A DNA stretch of 64,000 nt from positions 281,208-345,207 of the forward strand of contig CAVYYH010000008.1 in the NCBI GenBank assembly GCA_963772705.1, written 5' to 3'. Source of the DNA: an uncultured Bacteroidales bacterium (GTDB lineage: Bacteria; Bacteroidota; Bacteroidia; Bacteroidales; VadinHA17). Both the position numbers and the translations under genes were made by a program. Numbering within the stretch: the first letter of the stretch is position 1; the number at the start of each line of letters is the position of its first letter. A model generated the notes under the pieces. The model had not been told where the DNA came from, searched no databases, and was given only the letters and a program-made list of their open reading frames with translations. Of this stretch, positions 27,639 to 34,760 are shown in pieces.

Positions 27639-28159
27639 ATCATTTTTGTTTGTTCAGTCATCATAAAACGCCATGGCTTGCTGATCCATGGCTCACCTGC
27701 ATAATCTATTCCCACCCGCGGGCCTGAGGTAACATGAGGGCGGAGCCCGCGGTCCTCAATCCATATCCTTCCGGAAGATACAATGTCTTCAGCATTGAAC
27801 GAGCCGTCGAGGCCTGTTCCCTTCGTCACGCGGCCCGGGCCGGTGAACTGTCCTGCTGCTCTTATGAGCACAGCCTGAGGGTCATCGGCCGGGCCGGTAA
27901 CCACATTCATCATCCAGTGCATCCCGTAGACAAAATAGAGATAGAGATGCCCCCCCTGCATATACATCACCTCCGTGCGGCGGGTCCGCCCTTTGCTTGC
28001 ATGGCAGGCTCTGTCGCCGGTGCCAAGGTATGCCTCCGTCTCCCTTATCATATAACGTTTCGTGCTTCCGCCGTCAGCAACAACGATATCCATGCCCGGC
28101 AGCAACCGCGCAACCGTCACCGCATCGGCAAGAAAGAAGTCCCTGTTCAACCCTGGCAT
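27635..28159 (-). CDS. DNA-3-methyladenine glycosylase (Mpg/AAG family)
   Basis: RETEAY...D.A.HA..G.T.R...M...GG..Y.Y..YGMH...NVV pattern. 174 aa. Confidence 0.85.
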   Translation of the reverse strand: MPGLNRDFFLADAVTVARLLPGMDIVVADGGSTKRYMIRETEAYLGTGDRACHASKGRTRRTEVMYMQGGHLYLYFVYGMHWMMNVVTGPADDPQAVLIRAAGQFTGPGRVTKGTGLDGSFNAEDIVSSGRIWIEDRGLRPHVTSGPRVGIDYAGEPWISKPWRFMMTEQTKMI

Positions 28160-28171
28160 ACCTGATAATAT

Positions 28172-28651
28172 TCAGTATAAAATCTTCCCCGGATAATTGT
28201 CCCAGATATTGAATATCCTGTCTCCCTCATCTGTCAGTGCGCGGTCCATCCTTATGCTCCTGCTTTCCTTGTCAAGTGCGAGCTCGGAGTATATCATCTC
28301 ATCGTCAAACCCGGCGGCGGCGGCCCTGTAGCGGTCTGAGGCATAGACAACACGCCTGATGCCTGACCAGTATATCGCACCCAGGCACATGGGACACGGT
28401 TCACACGACGAGTAGATCACACAGCCGCTCAGGTCATGGGTGCCCAGGGCCGCCGCCGCCATCCTGATGGCCAGCACCTCGGCATGAGCAGTAGGGTCAT
28501 GCTCACTCACCACCCTGTTGCCGGAACGGGAGATAACCCTTCCTTCCATGACAACGACAGCCCCGAACGGACCGCCACCGTCAGCTATGTTTCCCGATGC
28601 GGTTTCGATAGCCTGCATAAGAAAATCCTTCTCGTCACTCTTCAGTTCCAT
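28172..28651 (-). CDS. guaD: guanine deaminase (CDA-fold, Bacillus GuaD type)
   Basis: GGPFGAVVV..., DPTAHAEVLAIR, SCEPCPMCLGAIYW, and GFDD..IY are co-linear with B. subtilis GuaD as I remember it. Start set at MELKS (28651). Confidence 0.8.
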   Translation of the reverse strand: MELKSDEKDFLMQAIETASGNIADGGGPFGAVVVMEGRVISRSGNRVVSEHDPTAHAEVLAIRMAAAALGTHDLSGCVIYSSCEPCPMCLGAIYWSGIRRVVYASDRYRAAAAGFDDEMIYSELALDKESRSIRMDRALTDEGDRIFNIWDNYPGKILY

Positions 28652-30206
28652 CTTCTCTTTTAAAGACAAGTAACAGCGTGTAAAAATAAGAAAAGAATGC
28701 CGTTCCGACAGATGAATGAAAAGTATCATCATTGAACATCGACATAAATATTATCGAGATGAAGATCATAAACGGGTAAAAAGCCCTGTTGGGGCTTCTC
28801 AGCCATGGTATTATCATGAGTGCCAGGGCAATCACCATGCCGGGGATGCCAAAGGTGACCGCGAAGCCCAGGTACTGGTTGTGTGACAGCTTACGGTAAT
28901 TATCCGTCAGCTGCGTATTGATGATCCGGTATTCTTCCTTCAGTCCGCTTACTACATCACCCGTGCCTGTGCCAAACCACGGATTCCTGCGTATCAGCCC
29001 CAGCGAAGCACGGTAGAACTCAGGGCGCTGTGTCACCGAGTGACCGGAAGGATTGGCACCCTTCACCGCTCTGTCTATCTGCCATACGATTTCGTAAGCC
29101 TTGGCACGCGGACTGCATGGTCTGGCATAGAGGGGATTGGCAAAGCCTCTTTCAATATTTCTGATATCATCAGCGGTAAGTGCTGCGATGGCGGAAGAGT
29201 CTTTTGCCATGCCGAGGAAAGAGATATATCGCATGATGGTCGTCCGCAATTCATTGCCCCCCATGTCTGCCCCTTCGTACGGCAGAGTGCTGCGCCTGCT
29301 CCACTCTTCCCTCAGCTCCTCCTCGCAGACATTCAACCATACGAGGTAACCGTTTTCCAGGAGGGTCTCCTCCGGATAATGAGTATAGCTGTTTCCGGAG
29401 AGTGTCTTTGCTACGGGAACGTTTACGGAGGGGTCCTCGGGCTGTTGGAGTGAGTTCCATGTTTCTGACACCAGCATGATTGTGGCGACGATAACGGCCG
29501 CCGCCGCCGCGGCAAAGATGAGTCCCGCAATGCGCATTCTCCTTCCCAGTGCAAGGTACAGGCCTGTGCCGCCAAGCAAGATTATGAAAATGAGAATGCC
29601 TGTCACCGAGAGCAGCCTGAAGAGAAAGAAAGCCATTGCCGCGGCGGCGACGCCAAGGGCAGCCCTCAGTGCCATGCCTCCTGTGCGCCTGTCGAGGCTC
29701 AGCCATACCGCGGTAAAGACGGCAAAGTTGAGCAGCAGCGATAACCTTATTGAAGGGAGAGTGACAGCAAGGTCACGGGAGTCATTCACCTCGACAGGCA
29801 GCACCCCTCCGAGCGCAAGGAAGCCTATGCCTGCAGCGACGACACAGCCGGTGATGAAGGAGAGTAACAGCGTCCGCAACCGGGTCACACCGAAGCCCGT
29901 CGATGAACCTATAATGAAAGGGAACGCGAGAAGGGGCAGCTTGAGCCTGATCTCATCCATCCCGCCGGCCAGGTCAGAAGTATTGATGAGCCAGAGGAGA
30001 TACATCGCAAACAGTCCGAGCAGCATCATCACACCTGCCCTTTCCGAGAGAATACTTATCTTTGAGCGGAATTCGCCACCGGCGAGCCAGTTTACCGCCA
30101 GGGCTATTGACACTGCGGAGAGAAGCCAGACCGACAGGGGCATAAAAAATGCAGCCAGAATAAGGCAAAGAAAATGTATCGTCTGGTGAACAGTTCTGCC
30201 GAACAT
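28635..30206 (-). CDS. O-antigen ligase/Wzy_C-like polytopic membrane protein
   Basis: 523 aa. Many TM helices flank a large loop (...HSVTQRPEFYRASLGLIRRNPWFGTGTGD...HNQYL) typical of the O-antigen ligase family. Confidence 0.75.
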   Translation of the reverse strand: MFGRTVHQTIHFLCLILAAFFMPLSVWLLSAVSIALAVNWLAGGEFRSKISILSERAGVMMLLGLFAMYLLWLINTSDLAGGMDEIRLKLPLLAFPFIIGSSTGFGVTRLRTLLLSFITGCVVAAGIGFLALGGVLPVEVNDSRDLAVTLPSIRLSLLLNFAVFTAVWLSLDRRTGGMALRAALGVAAAAMAFFLFRLLSVTGILIFIILLGGTGLYLALGRRMRIAGLIFAAAAAAVIVATIMLVSETWNSLQQPEDPSVNVPVAKTLSGNSYTHYPEETLLENGYLVWLNVCEEELREEWSRRSTLPYEGADMGGNELRTTIMRYISFLGMAKDSSAIAALTADDIRNIERGFANPLYARPCSPRAKAYEIVWQIDRAVKGANPSGHSVTQRPEFYRASLGLIRRNPWFGTGTGDVVSGLKEEYRIINTQLTDNYRKLSHNQYLGFAVTFGIPGMVIALALMIIPWLRSPNRAFYPFMIFISIIFMSMFNDDTFHSSVGTAFFSYFYTLLLVFKREDGTEE

Positions 30207-30260
30207 ACTGTCAATAAGAAATTAAAAGTACAACATATTGCTCAAAATAAAAATATGTTG

Positions 30261-30295
30261 TATTTTTGCAGACCCCAAAAATGGGGTTTTTATTT
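30261..30295 (+). promoter_or_regulatory. candidate Bacteroidota -7 promoter box plus a leader hairpin upstream of rplM
   Basis: TATTTTTG (30261-30268) fits TAnnTTTG. ACCCCA-AAAA-TGGGGT followed by TTTTTATTTT (30272-30295) is terminator-like and lies within the presumed 5' UTR. Confidence 0.4.
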
Positions 30296-30330
30296 TGAAA
30301 ATCATAAATTATTAAAACCTTAGTACTAAA

Positions 30331-30786
30331 GTGAACACCTTAAGCTACAAGACAGTTTCAGCCAACAAGGCTACTGTAGAAAAAGAGTGGGTACTGGTAG
30401 ATGCAGAAGGTCAGACACTCGGTCGTCTGGCATCTGTTGTGGCCCTGATGCTGAGGGGGAAGCACAAGACAAGCTTCACACCTCACGTCGACTGCGGCGA
30501 TAACGTCATCGTTATCAATGCCGATAAAGTCGTTATGACGGGTAACAAGATGACAGACAAAGAGTACATCAGGCATACGGGTTATCCCGGAGGCCAGAGG
30601 ATCGTCAAGGCAGACGAGATGTTGAAGAAGCACCCCATCAGGCTTGTTGAATACGCCGTGAAAGGGATGCTCCCCAAAAACCGTCTTGGAAGCGCCATCT
30701 ACAGGAACCTTTATGTCTACGCAGGCTCCGAGCACAAGCACGAAGCCCAGCAACCCAAACTAATTGATTTAAAAACCATTAAGTAA
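30331..30786 (+). CDS. rplM: 50S ribosomal protein L13
   Basis: GTG start. KEWVLVDAEGQTLGRLAS..A..LRGKHK..FTPHVD.GD.VIVINA is canonical L13. Confidence 0.97.
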   Translation: MNTLSYKTVSANKATVEKEWVLVDAEGQTLGRLASVVALMLRGKHKTSFTPHVDCGDNVIVINADKVVMTGNKMTDKEYIRHTGYPGGQRIVKADEMLKKHPIRLVEYAVKGMLPKNRLGSAIYRNLYVYAGSEHKHEAQQPKLIDLKTIK

Positions 30787-30791
30787 GAAAC

Positions 30792-31178
30792 ATGGAAGTT
30801 ATTAACGCTATCGGAAGAAGGAAGGCAGCTGTTGCCAGGGTTTACCTCCACGACGGCAAAGGACAGATCACAATCAACGACAGGGAATTCAAACATTATT
30901 TCCCGAACGAGATTCTGCAGTATGTTGTCCTCCAGCCACTAAACCTTCTCAATGTTGCCGACAAATATGACATCAAAGTCACCCTTGACGGCGGTGGATT
31001 CAAAGGTCAGGCAGAGGCGGTGCGTCTCGGTATTTCCAGGGCTCTTGTCAAAATAAGCGAGGAGAACAAACCCAAGCTTAAGGCAGAAGGCTTTCTGACA
31101 CGCGATCCGCGCGAGGTGGAGAGAAAGAAGCCGGGGCAGCCCAAGGCACGCAAGAGATTCCAGTTCAGCAAGCGTTAG
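30792..31178 (+). CDS. rpsI: 30S ribosomal protein S9
   Basis: GRRK.AVARV...G.G.I.IN..., and a C-terminal RKKPG..KARKRFQFSKR. Confidence 0.97.
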   Translation: MEVINAIGRRKAAVARVYLHDGKGQITINDREFKHYFPNEILQYVVLQPLNLLNVADKYDIKVTLDGGGFKGQAEAVRLGISRALVKISEENKPKLKAEGFLTRDPREVERKKPGQPKARKRFQFSKR

Positions 31179-31293
31179 AAGATCAACAGCAATTTATACA
31201 GACGCAAGTTTAGTATCTAAATTGCATTGACTTCCCGCAAGGAACTACTCTGCAATTGACTTCACAGAACGTAAACTTAACAATCAAGAAAAA

Positions 31294-32166
31294 ATGTCAA
31301 GAACCAATTTTAACGATTTACTTGATGCCGGTGTGCACTTCGGGCACCTGAAAAGAAAATGGAACCCGGCCATGGCTCCCTATATCTTTATGGAGCGCAA
31401 CGGCATTCACATTATTGACCTTGAAAAGACAGCCGCAAGGATAGATGAGGCAGCCAATGCAATGAAGCAGATTGCCAAGTCAGGCCGCAAGGTACTCTTT
31501 GTGGCAACAAAGAAACAGGCAAAAGACATCGTGGCCGAGAAGGTCGGGGCAGTAAACATGCCGTATGTCACCGAGAGGTGGCCGGGAGGTATGCTCACAA
31601 ACTTCCCTACCATACGTAAGGCTGTCAAGAAGATGTCATCGATTGACAAAATGGCTACCGACGGTACCTATGACAACCTCTCGAAAAGGGAGAAGCTTCA
31701 GATCACCCGCCAGAGAGCCAAACTCGAGAAGAACCTCGGTTCAATAGCAGATATGACACGCCAGCCATCAGCCCTCTTCGTTGTTGACGTCAGCAAAGAG
31801 CATATCGCAGTGCATGAGGCCAAGAGACTGGGTATCCCGGTGTTCGCAATGGTTGATACAAACTCTGATCCTTCAGAAATAGACTTCGTCATCCCGGCAA
31901 ATGATGACGCAGCAAAGTCAATATCACTCATCATCGACGTCATGTGCCAGGCCATCAACGAAGGGCTGAATGAACGCAAGGCTGAGAAGGACAAGGAGAG
32001 CGCACCGGCTGAGAAGGAAGAGACTCCGGAAGGGGGACGCAAAAACAAATTCCGCGCCATTGACTACGAAGAGGAACGCCCTGAGGTGAAGGCCGTTGCT
32101 GAAGAGGTTGAGGCTGCAGAAGAAGTCGATGCCGCACCTGACGCAGTGACAGAGGAAGAAGAATAA
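31294..32166 (+). CDS. rpsB: 30S ribosomal protein S2 with an acidic C-terminal extension
   Basis: LLDAGVHFGH..R.WNP.M..YIF..RNGIHIIDL.KT is canonical. The last ~60 aa are Glu/Ala-rich. Confidence 0.97.
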   Translation: MSRTNFNDLLDAGVHFGHLKRKWNPAMAPYIFMERNGIHIIDLEKTAARIDEAANAMKQIAKSGRKVLFVATKKQAKDIVAEKVGAVNMPYVTERWPGGMLTNFPTIRKAVKKMSSIDKMATDGTYDNLSKREKLQITRQRAKLEKNLGSIADMTRQPSALFVVDVSKEHIAVHEAKRLGIPVFAMVDTNSDPSEIDFVIPANDDAAKSISLIIDVMCQAINEGLNERKAEKDKESAPAEKEETPEGGRKNKFRAIDYEEERPEVKAVAEEVEAAEEVDAAPDAVTEEEE

Positions 32167-32200
32167 TCAGATTACCAACATTCAATAACGATCATATATT

Positions 32201-33031
32201 ATGTCAACTATAAATGCTGCTGACGTCGCAAAACTCAGAAGGATGACCGGCGCCGGCATGATGGATTGTAAAAAGGCACTCGAAGAGGCCGCAGGTGACT
32301 TTGAGAAGGCACAGGAGATAATAAGGAAGAGAGGACAGGCAATAGCCAACAAGCGTGCTGACCGTGAGGCAACGGAAGGTGTCGTACTGGCCAGATCGTC
32401 AGCCGACGGCAAAACCGGTATGATCATCGCACTGAACTGCGAGACCGACTTCGTGGCAAAGAATGCTGATTTCATCGCCCTCGGGTATAGCATCCTCGAT
32501 GCTGCACTGAAGGCAAACCCTGCAGACCTTGTTGGTCTGAGGGAGATAAAGGTCGGAGATAAGAAAGCTGCTGACCTCGTTCTCGAAAAGAGCGGCATCA
32601 CCGGCGAGAAGTTTGAGCTTTCCTATTTCGGGAAAGTTGAAGCTGCCGCAGTTCAGCCTTATATCCACCCGGGTAACAAACTTGCCACACTGGTAGGCTT
32701 CAGCAAGGGAGGCATTGACGTCCAGGTTTACAAGGACGTTGCAATGCAGGTCGCCGCAATGAACCCTGTATCAGTTGACAAGGAGGATGTACCGGAGAAA
32801 ATACTTGCACAGGAACTTGAGATCGGCAGGGAACAGGCACGACGCGAAGGCAAACCCGAGGATATGATTGAAAAGATTGCCCAGGGCAAACTTAACAAGT
32901 TCTTCAAAGAGAGCACACTGATGAACCAGGAGTTTGTTAAAGACAACAAGCTGACCATCAGGCAGTACCTTGAGAGCAAGGACAAGGCTCTGAAAGCTAC
33001 CGCATTCATCCGCTATACGCTTAACGTCTGA
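32201..33031 (+). CDS. tsf: translation elongation factor Ts
   Basis: V..LR..TGAGMMDCKKAL.E..GD...A....RKRG UBA-like N-terminus and the EF-Ts core. Confidence 0.97.
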   Translation: MSTINAADVAKLRRMTGAGMMDCKKALEEAAGDFEKAQEIIRKRGQAIANKRADREATEGVVLARSSADGKTGMIIALNCETDFVAKNADFIALGYSILDAALKANPADLVGLREIKVGDKKAADLVLEKSGITGEKFELSYFGKVEAAAVQPYIHPGNKLATLVGFSKGGIDVQVYKDVAMQVAAMNPVSVDKEDVPEKILAQELEIGREQARREGKPEDMIEKIAQGKLNKFFKESTLMNQEFVKDNKLTIRQYLESKDKALKATAFIRYTLNV

Positions 33032-33052
33032 AAAACAACGGACAAAAATTCA

Positions 33053-33084
33053 AAAGGCTTCCCCATGGAGGCCTTTTTTGTTTT
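33053..33084 (+). terminator. rho-independent terminator after tsf
   Basis: AAGGCTTCC-CCAT-GGAGGCCTT stem-loop followed by TTTTTGTTTT. Confidence 0.65.
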
Positions 33085-33133
33085 ATGCCTCAAAACAAAA
33101 AATGTAGTAACTTGCCTGCCAAATAAAACCGCT

Positions 33134-33346
33134 ATGAAAAAAAATATGGGTAATGTTGACATGATCGTGCGCCTTGCACTTGCAGTTATCATGATCGCCT
33201 GCTATTTCGTATTCAACCTTAAGGACCTGCTGGGACTGATAGTGATCCTGATCACAATACTGCTGGTAGTCACTGCATTTCTCCGGGTATGCCCTCTCTA
33301 TTATGTTTTCAGAACTGATACCCTCAAGAAGGAAAACAAGGAATGA
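33134..33346 (+). CDS. DUF2892 (YgaP-like) small membrane protein
   Basis: 70 aa from ATG 33134. D.IVRL.LA....... CPLY.. pattern with two TM helices. Its stop overlaps the pyrH ATG (ATGA). Confidence 0.65.
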   Translation: MKKNMGNVDMIVRLALAVIMIACYFVFNLKDLLGLIVILITILLVVTAFLRVCPLYYVFRTDTLKKENKE

Positions 33347-34050
33347 AATATAAACGAATCCTCCTTAAGCTGAGTGGTGAGTCTGTCGGCGGCAGCGACG
33401 GGTCAGGGCTTGACGGCGCCGTACTGACAGTATATGCCCGACAGATCAGGAAGATAGCAGACGAAGGTTGTCAGGTCGCAATAGTTATCGGCGGCGGTAA
33501 CATCTTCCGCGGCCTGGGAGGCAGCGAAGACGGTTACGACCGTCTCAAGGGTGACCAGATGGGCATGCTCGCCACTGTCATCAACAGCCTTGCCCTGGAA
33601 AGTTACCTGGTACGTGCTGGCTGCCGGGCCAGGGTTTTCACCTCAATCCGCATGGAGCCTGTCGGAGAACTGTATAACCGTGACAGGGTATCAGATGCGT
33701 TGAAGGATGGAGTGGTGGCAATTCTGGCAGGAGGAACCGGCAATCCGTTTTTCACAACCGACACTGCCGCTGCACTGCGAGCCGTTGAGCTGCACTGCGA
33801 CGTGCTGCTCAAGGGGACCCGCGTAGATGGCGTATATACCGCTGACCCTGAGAAAGATAAGAATGCGGTAAGGTTTGACGTGCTTACCTTTGACGAAGCC
33901 CTCGATAAGAAGCTCAGGGTGATGGATATTACAGCCTTCGCCATGTGCAGTGAGAACAGGATGCCGGTCATCGTCTTTGACATGAACAAAGAAGGTAACC
34001 TGGAATCAGTGGTTGCCGGGGGCAAGTGCGGGACCCTGGTAACATTCTGA
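33343..34050 (+). CDS. pyrH: UMP kinase
   Basis: YKRILLKLSGE..., VIGGGNIFRG, and GTGNPFFTTDTAAALRA. Confidence 0.97.
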   Translation: MKYKRILLKLSGESVGGSDGSGLDGAVLTVYARQIRKIADEGCQVAIVIGGGNIFRGLGGSEDGYDRLKGDQMGMLATVINSLALESYLVRAGCRARVFTSIRMEPVGELYNRDRVSDALKDGVVAILAGGTGNPFFTTDTAAALRAVELHCDVLLKGTRVDGVYTADPEKDKNAVRFDVLTFDEALDKKLRVMDITAFAMCSENRMPVIVFDMNKEGNLESVVAGGKCGTLVTF

Positions 34051-34094
34051 AGAGATTTTTTTCTAATTTTGTTTCCATCTGAAACACCGATCAT

Positions 34095-34658
34095 ATGACT
34101 GACGAACTGGAACTCATAAAGGAAGAGGCTCAGGAGAAAATGGACAAGGCCATTAAGCATCTCGAATACGAGCTTTCACATCTGCGTGCCGGGCGTGCCA
34201 ACCCGCTGCTTCTCGACGGCATTCACGTTGATTACTACGGAGCCCATACACCCCTCTCGCAGGTCTCAAGCATAAACACGCCGGATGCCAAGAGCATCCT
34301 GATTCAGCCGTGGGAAAAAACAATGCTGGGGGTGATCGAGAAAGCCATCCTTGCGGCAAACATCGGTATGACTCCCATCAACAACGGTGAGGTGATCCGC
34401 ATCAATGTACCTCCACTCACCGAAGAACGCAGGCACCAGCTTGTAAAACAGGTGAAGTCTGAAGGCGAGACGGCTAAGATAAGCGTCCGCACAAGCCGTA
34501 AATGGTTCCTTGATGAGCTCAAGACACTGGCAAAGGACGGTCTGCCCGAGGACGAGGAGAAGAACGGTGAAAAGATCATCCAGGATATGACCGACAAGCA
34601 TATCTCGCGTATAGACAAGATCGTCGAAGCAAAGGAGAAAGAGATACTGACAGTATAA
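34095..34658 (+). CDS. frr: ribosome recycling factor
   Basis: M.KA...L..EL..LR.GRANP.LLD.I.V.YYG...PL.Q...I.......L.I.PWEK...IEKAI.. Confidence 0.97.
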   Translation: MTDELELIKEEAQEKMDKAIKHLEYELSHLRAGRANPLLLDGIHVDYYGAHTPLSQVSSINTPDAKSILIQPWEKTMLGVIEKAILAANIGMTPINNGEVIRINVPPLTEERRHQLVKQVKSEGETAKISVRTSRKWFLDELKTLAKDGLPEDEEKNGEKIIQDMTDKHISRIDKIVEAKEKEILTV

Positions 34659-34714
34659 AGAGTCTGGATCAGAACCAATAAAACCACCCCGTCTGTCATC
34701 TGACGGATCGGGAT

Positions 34715-34747
34715 GAGGGGGTTGACATTTGCAACACCCTCTTTTAT
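34715..34747. terminator. hairpin between convergent frr and the acylase gene (possible bidirectional terminator)
   Basis: GAGGGGGTTG-ACATTTG-CAACACCCTC (one mismatch) followed by TTTTATTAT. Confidence 0.55.
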
Positions 34748-34760
34748 TATCAGTTGCCTG

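Noticed and set aside
29476-30189. 237-aa plus-strand ORF, and other ORFs from 29040 to 29706
   Set aside because: They are antisense or alternative-frame shadows of the O-antigen-ligase-like membrane-protein gene. Their Ala/Arg/Ser-rich composition carries no family signal.
31980-32166. Glu/Ala-rich tail of S2 as a separate feature or fusion
   Set aside because: It is continuous in frame with rpsB. Acidic C-terminal extensions of S2 occur in several lineages, so I did not treat it as a separate gene.
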